IMG/VR virus record: IMGVR_UViG_3300009678_000032
Location: 1 to 41,857 of that record
Direction: 5' to 3' (one strand)
Length of the DNA: 41,857 bases
Origin: a virus
Lineage: Duplodnaviria > Caudoviricetes
Part shown: positions 32,296 through 41,857 of the stretch, one piece after another
Layout of the letters: the number at the start of each line of letters is the position of its first letter
Position numbering within the stretch: the first letter of the stretch is position 1
Translations under genes and position numbers: made by a program
The notes under the pieces: generated by a model
The model's database searches: none
Seen by the model: only the letters and a program-made list of their open reading frames with translations
Told to the model about the DNA's origin: nothing

Positions 32296-35200
32296 CAGGT
32301 GATGGTCTGGATTGAGTAAGTCGACGTGCCGTTGATGCGACGAATTGAGATGATGTATTTCGCGTTGGCTGCAGTTGGCGGCGCCGCAGCTCCCACCGCA
32401 GTCCAGCCACCGGTGAACGTCACTGAGCCGGTGATCGCGGCGCCGTTGGTCATCAGGATGTCCATCGCGCAGTCGGCCGTCGGCACCGCGATGTTGATGT
32501 TCTGGCCGGACGTCGAGCCGTTGGTGGCGTACTGATAATTGTGACTGCCGGGCCATGGCGTGTAGGTCTGGCCGTTGGTGAACGTGCCAGCGTTGAATGG
32601 CGTGAGCGCCCAGCCGCCAGTAACTAGCTGGCCGCCGGCGAGCGCGAGGTAACGCGCACTCAGCTCTGCCTCGACCTGGATGACGCGCTGCCAGGAGGCG
32701 TCCCAGATGCCGTTGCGCTGCTGGCGTCGCCACGTCATCGTGTCGCTGAGCGTGTTGCTGGCGAACGCATGCACGGTCTGCGTCACCCAGTTTGGATTGT
32801 GCACCTCGACGTAGCCGAGGAACCAATCAGCTCCGCCGTTGGGGGTGTTGGCCGCCGTCACCCCCATGTGCCACCCGTTGGTGATGGCAAGGTTCCAGTC
32901 AGTGACGGTGGCGGAGACGGAGCCGAGACGCGCCGGCAGGTCGTAGTCGCCGATCACACCATTGGCGTCGAGGACCGCTAGCTCGCTGGGATTGGGGCCG
33001 GCATTGAACAGCGCCGCGGTGCCGAGGCCGAGGCCAGTGCGCGCCGCTGCCGCTGTTCCACCGCCGGTGCCGCCGGCCGCAACCGCCGAGCCGCCAACCA
33101 CCACCCAATTAGCCGCGCCATCGCTGCGCAAGATCGTGCTCTCACGCGCGATATTCATCGTGACGCTGCCGACACCAGGCTCTGGCGTGATCAGATTGTT
33201 GCCACCCTGCGAGACGATAGCCATGGTCTGCGCAACACCGGCACCGCTCCTGGCGAAATTAACCACCACCTCTGTGCCCTTCGGCACAGTGTTGGCCAGT
33301 GCCAACGTGATAGTGCGGTTAGCCGCCGCGGTGATATTGACGACCACAAACCGATCCACCGCGTTGAGTGTCACGCTGGCATCAGTGATCAGTCGATAGC
33401 CACTGATGCCGAGATTTTCCTGAGCGCCGTTGATATCTGACGCGCCGGTGCCGCCGGCAACCACTGCACTGCCACCAACAATCAACCAATTGCCGCTGCT
33501 GCCCTGGCTCTCAAAGACAATGCTGTTGAGGCTCTCACCGGCGGGGATAACAACGGTCGACGCACCGGTGCCACTTAGCCCAGGAACAATGATCGAGCCG
33601 GTGGCAACCTGGATCGTGAGTGAGAACGCAGTCGCGGCAAAGTGAGATACTGCCGTGATCCTCTGACCGGACGGAAGTGACGACCCAGATGGCAGCGTCC
33701 AAACACGATTAGCAGCCGGAGTGGCAAACTGATAAACCGTACGATCAGTCGGCAGGATCGTATAATTGGCATCCACCACAATATCAGTAATCTTGAAGAG
33801 GCCGAGAGCACCGTATGCAGTGCCGCCTACCGCGACCCAGATGCCTGAGCCGTCACTGCGGATGATCACGCTCTCGCGCGAGTTGCTCAACGCAAAACTG
33901 GTAACAGAGCCGCCGGGGATGACCAGAGCATCGCTGCCACCGCGCGTGATGTTCAGAACACCGGTGCTGGCCTTGGCGAAATCAATCACCACCTCGGTGC
34001 CGGGCGGCACACTGTTGGCGGGCATCAGGGTGATGGTGCGGTTGGTGGCGCCAAGCACCTGATGCACGACGTAGCGGTCAGCCGCCGCCAGCGTATTGTC
34101 GGTGTCGTTGAGGAACCTGTAGCCGCTGATGCCGAGGGCGGCCTGCGCCGCATTGATTGAATTGCCGCCGGTGCCGCCGCCCTGGATCGCCGAGCCACCA
34201 ACCACACACCACGCGGTGCCAGTCGCCACGAAGTGGACGCTCTGGAATGCCGGCGTACCGGGCAGCACAACGGCGGCAACAATGCCACCGACATTGATGA
34301 TGGCATCGCCTGCGCTGGCTGCGATCGTGACGGTGAACGCCGTTGGCACTGACGCAGTGGTGATCTTGATGCGGGTGCCGGCAGGGCACGTTCCGGTCGG
34401 CGGCAGCGTCCAGGTCCGGTTCGCCGTCAACGCAGCGACACCGACGACGTGTTTGATCGTGCCGCTGATCAGGAGATCGGCATCGCCCTGTGCCTGCGAA
34501 TTATAGGCGGTGAGATTGTTCAGCGCCTGATTGACGCTCTGCACGCCGCCCGCGCCCTCCGCGAGGTTTACGGCACCGATCATGTCGCCACCGGCCGCGA
34601 ACGAGCCGCCGATCACGATCCAGCTGCTCCCTTGGCACTTGAGGAGCATCGACGCCGGCTCGGTCATCACGATGTTGCCGGCCACGCCATTAAAGATCAG
34701 GGCGCCGGTCGCCGGCGTAACTGTCAGCGTAAACGCGCCAGGGTCATGCAGGTAGACCGTCAGCAGCTGACCAGGAATGGTGGTGGCAACCGGCGGCAAT
34801 GTCAGCGTCCGATTAGCGGTCAGCGCAGTGCCGAATTGAACATGCCGATTAGCGATCGTCGCGACATGGTTGGCATCACCGACATTGATGACACTCCAGA
34901 CGTTGAGGTTGATCACCGACTGATCAGTGTTGGCAACGCCGCCGGCACCCTGCGCCAGATTGACCGAGCCGAGCATGTCACCGGCGCCGGCACCGTCGGT
35001 GCCCTTGTCACCGGTGCGGTTGAACAGCACCTGCAGCTGCTCATTGAGCGCGAACGTGCCGGCGCTGGCGACATGCGTCACCGGGAACGTCCAGTGCGTG
35101 CCGGCATCGACGCCGGCGCCGTTGATGAAATACTGCGCGAACTTGGTCTGGTCGGTGAGCCCGATCAGCGTCAGCGTGCCGCGGTTGGTGAGATTGGTGC

Positions 35201-36455
35201 TGTCATCGAGCGTCGCGATGAATGCCGCAATGTTCTGCGCCGCTGCGGTGGTCTCGTTCACCTGCAGCTGCGTGATCGATGCCATCGCAGCGTTATTGCC
35301 AGCGATGTGGCCGACACCTGGGTCGCCCGACGTCGTGGTCGCCCAGGCATAGCGCGCGCCGGCGCCGGTGCCGTCGAGGCCGGCTGGGCCCGTCGCGCCA
35401 GGAGCACCTTGGATGCCCTGGGTGCCTTGCGGGCCAGGATCGCCCTGTGGACCCTCTGGACCGGTCGCGCCGGGCGTTCCGGGCACGCCCTGGATGCCTT
35501 GCGGACCCGCAGGCCCTGCTGCGCCATCGGCGCCGGCTGGCCCAGCGACGCCCTGCGGGCCCTGGTCACCGGCACGCAGCACCTCGACGCGGACCGTCGC
35601 AGTCTCCGGGATCGAGGTGCCAACCGGGAGCGAGATCGGGAACGTCGACCACGTCCCATTGTTGACGCGGGCGCCGCTGATCGAGCCGATCAGGAACTTG
35701 GTGGCGTCGTTCTCGTCGTAGATGCGAACCCGCGCCTTGATCGGCGAGGTGCTGTCGTCCCAGGTTGCGATTTCAGCACTGATCGCATTGTTGGAGCGAT
35801 CGTTGTGGCTCACGCTAATCGCAGTAATCGAGGCCGCGACCGCATTGTTAAAGCCGACGCGACCGTTGCCAGGATCGGCTGCCGGCGCATTGGTGTAGAT
35901 GTACGCGAGGCCTGCATCCTCGCCCGCAGTGCCGCCGACCGCGCCGACCAGCGGCGTCGACTTGGTAATGATCCAGCTGTTCGGTGCGCCGGAGCCGTTG
36001 AACGAGCCACCCGGCACGATGACCTGCAGCGTGGTGCCGTCATACTGGTTGACCTGACCGACCAGCCAGTTGCCGAGGTTGGTGGTGTCGATCGCCATCA
36101 CGTAGGAGCCGACCGGCCAGTCCTTGCCCGACTGCGTGGTGAAATTCTTGGTGCCCGCGCTGATGGTCTGCGAGGTGTCCGACGTTCCACTCCACAGCGC
36201 CAGGCCGAGCCCCTGCAGCGTCATCCGATTGTAGACGTTGGTGATCGGATCGCGGGTCCAGATTTCCTTGCTGGCGGGGTCGAGCGCGATGCCCGGCGCG
36301 ATCAGGATGAGATCCTCCCACTGCGGGTGGACCGTCCAGATGCCGTTCTCTTTCTCGATCGCGATACCGCCGGCACCGACCATGGTGGCCGGGATGCGAA
36401 CCTGCGCGCGCACCGTGATATTGGGCCGCGACGATGGGAAGAGCGGAGCGTTCAT
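32295..36455 (-). CDS. long modular tail fibre (collagen segment, five tandem beta modules, knob-like domain)
   Basis: 1386 aa; about 22 Gly-X-Y triplets; repeated xNRTxTLP...WxxxGGS modules. Confidence 0.88.
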   Translation of the reverse strand: MNAPLFPSSRPNITVRAQVRIPATMVGAGGIAIEKENGIWTVHPQWEDLILIAPGIALDPASKEIWTRDPITNVYNRMTLQGLGLALWSGTSDTSQTISAGTKNFTTQSGKDWPVGSYVMAIDTTNLGNWLVGQVNQYDGTTLQVIVPGGSFNGSGAPNSWIITKSTPLVGAVGGTAGEDAGLAYIYTNAPAADPGNGRVGFNNAVAASITAISVSHNDRSNNAISAEIATWDDSTSPIKARVRIYDENDATKFLIGSISGARVNNGTWSTFPISLPVGTSIPETATVRVEVLRAGDQGPQGVAGPAGADGAAGPAGPQGIQGVPGTPGATGPEGPQGDPGPQGTQGIQGAPGATGPAGLDGTGAGARYAWATTTSGDPGVGHIAGNNAAMASITQLQVNETTAAAQNIAAFIATLDDSTNLTNRGTLTLIGLTDQTKFAQYFINGAGVDAGTHWTFPVTHVASAGTFALNEQLQVLFNRTGDKGTDGAGAGDMLGSVNLAQGAGGVANTDQSVINLNVWSVINVGDANHVATIANRHVQFGTALTANRTLTLPPVATTIPGQLLTVYLHDPGAFTLTVTPATGALIFNGVAGNIVMTEPASMLLKCQGSSWIVIGGSFAAGGDMIGAVNLAEGAGGVQSVNQALNNLTAYNSQAQGDADLLISGTIKHVVGVAALTANRTWTLPPTGTCPAGTRIKITTASVPTAFTVTIAASAGDAIINVGGIVAAVVLPGTPAFQSVHFVATGTAWCVVGGSAIQGGGTGGNSINAAQAALGISGYRFLNDTDNTLAAADRYVVHQVLGATNRTITLMPANSVPPGTEVVIDFAKASTGVLNITRGGSDALVIPGGSVTSFALSNSRESVIIRSDGSGIWVAVGGTAYGALGLFKITDIVVDANYTILPTDRTVYQFATPAANRVWTLPSGSSLPSGQRITAVSHFAATAFSLTIQVATGSIIVPGLSGTGASTVVIPAGESLNSIVFESQGSSGNWLIVGGSAVVAGGTGASDINGAQENLGISGYRLITDASVTLNAVDRFVVVNITAAANRTITLALANTVPKGTEVVVNFARSGAGVAQTMAIVSQGGNNLITPEPGVGSVTMNIARESTILRSDGAANWVVVGGSAVAAGGTGGGTAAAARTGLGLGTAALFNAGPNPSELAVLDANGVIGDYDLPARLGSVSATVTDWNLAITNGWHMGVTAANTPNGGADWFLGYVEVHNPNWVTQTVHAFASNTLSDTMTWRRQQRNGIWDASWQRVIQVEAELSARYLALAGGQLVTGGWALTPFNAGTFTNGQTYTPWPGSHNYQYATNGSTSGQNINIAVPTADCAMDILMTNGAAITGSVTFTGGWTAVGAAAPPTAANAKYIISIRRINGTSTYSIQTIT

Positions 36456-36467
36456 GTCTCGGTCCTC

Positions 36468-36875
36468 TTAAGCCGGCGTGGCCGCCATATTGATGTAACC
36501 CTCCATCACCGACACCTCGCCGATGATCAGCTGGATCTTGGTGCCATCCTCGGCGACCAATCCGACGCCGAGGTGATAGTCCTGCTGCGGCAGGGCAGCC
36601 ATCAGGCCGGCCGCGATGTGAAATTGAAAAATCCCGGTCTGCACATGCTGGATCGTGCCGCCGGACAGCGATGCTCGAGCTCCGCTCCAGTTATAGCCAG
36701 AGGCGTAGCTGCCATAGCTCGGATTGCCACCACCCATCTGTGGATAGGCCAGCTGCACCACGATCTCCTGCACGGTCGACAGGTCGATCGGCTCGTCGGT
36801 CTCGGTGTCGATCACCGCAATACAATCGATGTAGTCGGCCCGATTGCTGACTGAGTTGAGCCTGCCGATATGCAT
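36468..36875 (-). CDS. tail/fibre adaptor-like protein
   Basis: DTETDEPIDLS...GTIQHVQTGIFQFHI...QLIIGEVSVMEG; between tail genes. Confidence 0.6.
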   Translation of the reverse strand: MHIGRLNSVSNRADYIDCIAVIDTETDEPIDLSTVQEIVVQLAYPQMGGGNPSYGSYASGYNWSGARASLSGGTIQHVQTGIFQFHIAAGLMAALPQQDYHLGVGLVAEDGTKIQLIIGEVSVMEGYINMAATPA

Positions 36876-36881
36876 GGTCCC

Positions 36882-37934
36882 TCACAGTCGGATGTAGAGC
36901 GTAGCCAGCTTGGTGGGCTGGGTGTTGAGATGGACCTGGCCGCCACCGATCGCGGCGGTCTTATTGTCGACGGCGCCACCGGACACGCTCTTGACTGCAA
37001 GACCGATCAGCTTGGCGGCCGTGTTGTAGATGCTGCCGGCGGCGATCGTGATCGATGCAACGAGGAACTGCCCGGAGCCACCCTGGGCTTGGCCGGTGCT
37101 GAACCTGACCTCGTGGCTGTGTGAAGGCTCATCGACGAACGCCGCATGATCATGCACCGGGATTTCGTTGATTGCGAGCTGGTGCCGCTCGGCGCCAGCC
37201 TGGGCGCCAAGCGTGGTTGGAGGCAACCCGGTGAACACTTGGGTCGACAGCACACCGCGCGCGGTGCCGCTCATGTTGTCGAGGAACGCCATCGCGCGGC
37301 CGGACCAGTCCGGCAGCACCAGCTGCTTGCTTGAGCCGCCTTCGTTCCAGTCGGCGGCGGCGTTTGGTCCACGACCACCCACCACCACCAGGTTGGCATC
37401 GGTGTTCCACAGATACTGGAACAGCGCCGAGCAGCTGGCGGAGGCGAGCTCGGTTGCGCCGCTGGTGAGCGAGCCGATCGTCAGACCATTGGCACGCACC
37501 CAGCCAGGGCGAACGCCGATGCCGTAGCGCGCCATCATGTCGCCGGTCAGGGGGATCGCATTGGGATCGACCGGCGACGGAGCTGGCCCACCGCCACCGC
37601 CGGTGCCAGGAACGCCATACAGCAGCACGTCGGGGAAGTCCCACTGCAGCACGCCATTGGCGTCGACCAGGCGCAGCCGCACCGAGGTGTAGGGCTGCAG
37701 CACATCATCGATCGCGGTGATGAAATACATTGCCGGGATGCGGCCGTCGGAGCCGAGCGTGATCGGGTTGGGATGCGGCAGCTGCGCACTCGGATCGCGA
37801 AAGGCGGTGAGCGGCGTTGTCGTTCCCGGCAGGTACGACGTCAGTTGGCCACCGACGGCATACTTGGTCGGATCCTGCCGCAGGAATTGCTGGGTGTAGG
37901 ACAGCTGCGTGGTCCCGGTGACGAATACAGGCAT
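36882..37934 (-). CDS. tail protein with head-binding-like N-terminus and collar-like domain
   Basis: YLPGTTTPL..F.D...PHPNPITLGSDGR; GWVRANGLTIG, LPDWSGR, GAERHQLAINEIPVHDH, HLNTQPT. Confidence 0.8.
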   Translation of the reverse strand: MPVFVTGTTQLSYTQQFLRQDPTKYAVGGQLTSYLPGTTTPLTAFRDPSAQLPHPNPITLGSDGRIPAMYFITAIDDVLQPYTSVRLRLVDANGVLQWDFPDVLLYGVPGTGGGGGPAPSPVDPNAIPLTGDMMARYGIGVRPGWVRANGLTIGSLTSGATELASASCSALFQYLWNTDANLVVVGGRGPNAAADWNEGGSSKQLVLPDWSGRAMAFLDNMSGTARGVLSTQVFTGLPPTTLGAQAGAERHQLAINEIPVHDHAAFVDEPSHSHEVRFSTGQAQGGSGQFLVASITIAAGSIYNTAAKLIGLAVKSVSGGAVDNKTAAIGGGQVHLNTQPTKLATLYIRL

Positions 37935-40237
37935 CAGCGCTGCTCCCCTCTCGATGGTGCCGCGGCGACCTCGCGCTGCGTGCTCTGGCTCAGCGAGTTG
38001 CGCAGGATCCGCAGGGCCTGCATGTATTGCGGATCGCGCGAGAACGCCTGCGAGGCGCGCTGGATCACCGCCGGATCTTTGGTCATCAGTACCTCGGCAA
38101 TGCGCGTCGCCACCCGCTGGTCGACACCGCGCTTGGCCAGCAGCGCGAGCGATGCGGCGCCGAGCTGGCCTGTGGTGTTGAAGTCGCCCTGATCATAACC
38201 GAGGCCGGCGCCGGCCGCAGTGGCGAGCCCCATGTTCTGCAGCTGCCGCGCCGTCGTCGAATTTCCGCGCACGTAGTTGGCGGTGGTCTGCATCGCACGC
38301 TCGAGCGTACCAAACGCCTCGAGGCGATTGAGTTGATCTGGCGGCAGCACGCCCTGCAATTTGTCGCGCAACCCGCCGACGTTGCGATCGTACTTGTTCC
38401 AGAAATTCTGATCGGTGCGCGCGGTCTGCCGCACCCGATCCATCAGGCCATCACGGAACAGCTGTTTTTCAGTGTCGCCCATCTGGCGGAACGCCTGCAG
38501 CGAGGCGGCATGGTTGCGCTTGTCGCCAAAGAACGCCTGGCCGGCCGCGAGTGCGTCGCGCTGACCAAAGAACGACTGCGCCACGCTGCGGGTGGTCTGA
38601 TATTCCGGCACCTGCATGTCGAGCCGCTGCACGATTGCATCGCGCACCCGGCCGAGCCGCATCGCGTCGGTGTTGAGGCCGCGGGTCTCGGCGCGGTTGA
38701 CCTCCTGGTCGAGTTGCCGCTTAACCTGGTCCCAGAACTCAAGGTTGCGGACACCGTCCCAGCGCTCACCACGTCCGGCGTAGAGATCCTGCAGAGCGCC
38801 TTCGGCATCTTGCGTGGCACGCCGCACCGCCGGCGATCGCTCCGCAAGAGCGGTCAGGCCCTGGGCGCCGGTGTTGCCGGCCGCCAGGTCGTAGTCGCCG
38901 AGGACCATGACGCGCCGATAGTTCGGATCGTTGGCGCGCGCGGCCGCCTCGGAGATCGCCTCCTGCTGCGCCAGGGGGTTGGGGTAGTTGGCCTCCTGGT
39001 TGATGAACTGATCGCTACGCGCAGTGCGCTGGCGCGAGCGCTCGCCGAGCTGCTCGGTCAACTCCGCGTTTGCCCGCGGCGAGACGTTCGACGCCGAGCG
39101 GATCAGGGTCTCGCCCGAGGTGCCGAGCGTGTCGGCCAGGACCGCGTCGCTGCCAGGATCAACCGCCTGCGCGCGTGTTGCCACCGGCTCACCCTGACGG
39201 CCCTGAGCTCGAGCGCGCGCCGCTACTGCCTCGCTGTCACGCATGGCCGCCCCCACGGCCCGCTCGGCGCCACCCTGTGGATCCCAGGCGTTGCGCAGAA
39301 AGTTGACCGGTTTGGAAATGCCCATGCCGAGCAGGCGGCCGGCCAGCGGCAGCGTGGTGCCGAGGACGCCACCGACGCCGCCACCGATCAAGGCATCCTT
39401 GGCCGACTTGTCCTTGCTCTCGCCAAGCGCCTGGATCGCGCCGCCGGCCGCACCGATGCCGCCCTGGCGCAATGCTGTCCGCGCTATGGTGGTGCCGACC
39501 CCGCCGGGCAGCGGCACCGCGGCGCCGCCGGCGATCTCCGCCACCGTCGAGGTAACCGGATGCTGCTGTCTGGCTGTCTCGCCGCGAAATCGCTCATTGC
39601 CGACCGTGCGATCGTAGGCCTCGGTGGCATCCTTGTTGCCGGCAAGCATGCGGACGCCGCCGACCGCGGCCCGGCCGAGATCCAGCACCGTGTTGACGCC
39701 TGGCATCGCCACCAGAGGGGCCTTGGGCAGCCCAGAGGCGTCGCCCAGGCCCTTGATCTCGTCGATCCAGCCGAATGAGCCACCCTGCTGTAATCCTCGC
39801 CCCACGGCCTCGCCCTGGCTGATCTGGGGACGCTTGGGGCCGATCGGGTCGGCCTTGGCGCGGGCGAGCCGCTCCTCCTCCCGCCCCTCGATCAGCCAGG
39901 CTGGCTCCGCCTTGGGCTGGCTATTGTCAGGCATCACCTGGTTGCGCGCGGCAGCGACGCCCGCCGGCAGCTGCTGCGGCCGCGCCCTGGGTGTCGGCAT
40001 GTCGATGCGGGTCTCGGCCTCCCAGTCGACGCCGGGATCAGCCGGCGGGTCGTCCCAGTTGACCGGCAGCCCCTCCGGGATGATCTCCCACTGTCCGTTC
40101 GGGCTCGGCCGGAACCCCGACAACTGCTTGAGCCGACGCTGATCGCGCGCCCGCAGCGCCTCGACGACCTGGCGACGGCCTTCCGGGTCATCCTGGCCCG
40201 GGATCTCGACACCAAATCGCTCGGCAAAGCTGGCCAT
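37934..40237 (-). CDS. large internal virion / DNA ejection protein (767 aa)
   Basis: Gly/Ala-rich amphipathic segments, GNSTTARQL; third gene of the ejection cluster; TAATG coupling. Confidence 0.7.
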   Translation of the reverse strand: MASFAERFGVEIPGQDDPEGRRQVVEALRARDQRRLKQLSGFRPSPNGQWEIIPEGLPVNWDDPPADPGVDWEAETRIDMPTPRARPQQLPAGVAAARNQVMPDNSQPKAEPAWLIEGREEERLARAKADPIGPKRPQISQGEAVGRGLQQGGSFGWIDEIKGLGDASGLPKAPLVAMPGVNTVLDLGRAAVGGVRMLAGNKDATEAYDRTVGNERFRGETARQQHPVTSTVAEIAGGAAVPLPGGVGTTIARTALRQGGIGAAGGAIQALGESKDKSAKDALIGGGVGGVLGTTLPLAGRLLGMGISKPVNFLRNAWDPQGGAERAVGAAMRDSEAVAARARAQGRQGEPVATRAQAVDPGSDAVLADTLGTSGETLIRSASNVSPRANAELTEQLGERSRQRTARSDQFINQEANYPNPLAQQEAISEAAARANDPNYRRVMVLGDYDLAAGNTGAQGLTALAERSPAVRRATQDAEGALQDLYAGRGERWDGVRNLEFWDQVKRQLDQEVNRAETRGLNTDAMRLGRVRDAIVQRLDMQVPEYQTTRSVAQSFFGQRDALAAGQAFFGDKRNHAASLQAFRQMGDTEKQLFRDGLMDRVRQTARTDQNFWNKYDRNVGGLRDKLQGVLPPDQLNRLEAFGTLERAMQTTANYVRGNSTTARQLQNMGLATAAGAGLGYDQGDFNTTGQLGAASLALLAKRGVDQRVATRIAEVLMTKDPAVIQRASQAFSRDPQYMQALRILRNSLSQSTQREVAAAPSRGEQR

Positions 40238-41559
40238 TATTGCTGGCCCCCCTGCCGCTTGGCGAGCTCGCCGCGGCGCGCGATCATCTCGAACACCGAC
40301 ATCAATTCCTCGACCCGTTGCAGCGCCTCTTGCGGGTTGGCGGCATCCAGCGACGGCAGCGATTTGCGCAGGATCTCGCGCTCCGGCTCGGTGATCTGGC
40401 CCTGGCCCTTCATCGCCTGGGCCCGCATCAGCTCGAGCTCGGTCAGCGCCGATCGCAGTGGATCGGTAATGAGCGGCGACTGGATCGGGTTGTTGTCGCC
40501 GGCGCCGAGGACGTCGAGCGCGCCGCGAGCGTATTTCAGGCCGGAGGTGACCAGCGGGTTGCCCCAGATTGGATGGATGTTGCCGGTCTTGGCCGCCTCC
40601 CGGAACAGCCGCTGCGCGGTGCGCGCCGCCGGCAGATACGGCTCGATCGCCTTGGCCGCCTCGATGTCCTTGATCTGTGTGTCGGCCTGCTTGCGATAAT
40701 ACTCCTTCTGGCGGGCGACCTCGATCTCGCGCTGCGATTTCATCGGCAGCTGTGGCGCATCCGATCGGGTGGGCGCCAGGTCGACACCGGTGGGCTGAGC
40801 GAACGCCTGGGCGACGTCTGGCGTCAGGTCGCTCTCGGCGCCGGCCACGCGCTGGATGCTGCCGCCCGGCATCGTGGTCGAGGGCTCGACCTCACTGCGC
40901 TTGGCGCCGTTGATCAGCCGCTGCGCGGTGCCGGGTGGCAACCGATAATGCTGCTCGAACTTGCCGGCATATTGCGGATTTTGCCGCAGCGTCTCGATCT
41001 CATCCTCACCCACCGTCACACCCGGCGCGACCTCGACCTGGCCGGCGCCAATGTCAGGCTGCGATGGTTGCGGCGCCGCGGCGGCCACCTGCGGCACCGA
41101 TGCTGGCGCGGATGATTGCGGCCGTGGGGTCGACTGCCCAGGCATCACCCGCGGCATGGGCGGCCCCTGCTCAACCTGGCCGGCTCGCGGACCGGTCAGC
41201 CAGCGCTTTTGGCCGCTCGATGGCCGCACGATGTACTCTTCGCCGGTGTTTGGATCCTCGCGCACCTGCGGCCGATCCTCGGCGCTCTGCTGGATGTCGA
41301 GGCCGCGCTCGCGCAGCCGGACATCGTCGGCATGATGCGACGCCGACTGGCCGAGCGACTGCTGGTGCATCGCCATCCTGGAGAGCTGCTGCGCCGCCGC
41401 CGGATCGATCGACATCAGCGCCAGCGCCGCCTTGCGGTAATCGCCTCCAGCGCCCTGGACGATGCTCTGGACGCGCCGCTTGTGGGCCTCGGCCACCCAT
41501 GGGTCGCCCAGGCCGCTGATAGTATCTGCGCTGATCTGCGGGATTGCTGCCATGGTCAT
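40237..41559 (-). CDS. internal virion / DNA ejection protein (about 440 aa)
   Basis: Start MTMAAIPQ (ATGA overlap); MKGQGQITEPEREIL motif; between the gp7-like and large ejection genes. Confidence 0.7.
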   Translation of the reverse strand: MTMAAIPQISADTISGLGDPWVAEAHKRRVQSIVQGAGGDYRKAALALMSIDPAAAQQLSRMAMHQQSLGQSASHHADDVRLRERGLDIQQSAEDRPQVREDPNTGEEYIVRPSSGQKRWLTGPRAGQVEQGPPMPRVMPGQSTPRPQSSAPASVPQVAAAAPQPSQPDIGAGQVEVAPGVTVGEDEIETLRQNPQYAGKFEQHYRLPPGTAQRLINGAKRSEVEPSTTMPGGSIQRVAGAESDLTPDVAQAFAQPTGVDLAPTRSDAPQLPMKSQREIEVARQKEYYRKQADTQIKDIEAAKAIEPYLPAARTAQRLFREAAKTGNIHPIWGNPLVTSGLKYARGALDVLGAGDNNPIQSPLITDPLRSALTELELMRAQAMKGQGQITEPEREILRKSLPSLDAANPQEALQRVEELMSVFEMIARRGELAKRQGGQQ

Positions 41560-41734
41560 GCGAACCAGTTGGTGCCCTTGCCGACCGCGCCGCCCTTGCT
41601 CGCAAAGTTGGCCAGCTCGCCTGAACCCGGCGCGATGATGTTGCCGGCGAGCTTGAGGCCACCCATGATGCCTTCGAACAGGTTCTTGCCGGCGCCGAGC
41701 TTGATGTCGCCCTCCTTGGAGTACGACGAGGCGT
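41556..41734 (-). CDS. DNA ejection/pilot protein, 3' part (continuation of 559->1)
   Basis: In frame across the circular junction; ends ...GKGTNWFA*; ATGA overlap with the next gene. Confidence 0.7.
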
Positions 41735-41857
41735 CCGCGGTCGCCTGGCCGGTGCGCCAGTCGCCGAGCTTGGCTCCGTGGCTCTGCCACAGGCCGCCCT
41801 GGCCGACATCGATGCCGGACTGTGCGCCAGCCACCGTGTTGGCCTGCTGCAGCCACG
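41735..41857. repeat. 123-bp direct terminal repeat, copy 2
   Basis: ccgcggtcgcc...gcagccacg is identical to 1-123. Confidence 0.95.

Noticed and set aside
32296-32826. N-terminal extension of the 548-aa Gly-rich ORF
   Set aside because: Overlaps the tail fibre C-terminus; TGATG coupling supports the start at 32295
31180-36455. Diversity-generating retroelement or invertible fibre cassette
   Set aside because: No reverse transcriptase or invertase; fibre repeats are diverged at the protein level, not adenine-specific TR/VR pairs
34449-36854. 801-aa + strand ORF and similar long antisense ORFs (9432-11144, 38027-39778, 28695-30044, 13269-14438)
   Set aside because: Shadow ORFs opposite well-supported genes in GC-rich DNA; Arg-rich with no recognisable motifs
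41560-41856. N-terminal extension of the 539-aa ORF
   Set aside because: Overlaps the gp7-like gene in another frame; ATGA coupling supports a start at 41559 or 41553

Overview
The window is an apparently complete, circularly permuted, GC-rich dsDNA tailed phage genome. Its first 123 nt recur at 41735-41857, so the unit length is 41,734 bp. It has podovirus (P22-like) virion genes: TerS, TerL, portal, scaffold, DUF4043/N4-gp56-like capsid, gp4-like adaptor, gp10-like hub, three ejection proteins and collagen- or Gly-rich fibres. Other modules are an Amidase_3 lysis gene, an SF2 helicase plus P4-type primase, RecT/NinB-like/HNH genes, a Cro-like HTH and a GcrA homologue, which points to an alphaproteobacterial host. 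I found no integrase, CI repressor, DNA polymerase, tRNA or CRISPR array. Most notable observations: (1) a 611-aa head-module protein with an Ogg2-like HhH DNA glycosylase motif set; (2) no GANTC (CcrM) site found anywhere in a manual scan; (3) an HTH fused in frame to an Acb2/Tad1-like nucleotide-sponge domain; (4) a VPLPA/PEP-CTERM surface protein with a structured leader; (5) several structured non-coding regions, some with their own promoters; (6) a CACG-N3-CRTG operator-like motif at four promoters; (7) a catalytically degenerate TIGR02594/CHAP-like protein; (8) a tail-hub gene with no in-frame start codon for its N-terminus. All family calls come from motif recognition by eye; no database searches were run.
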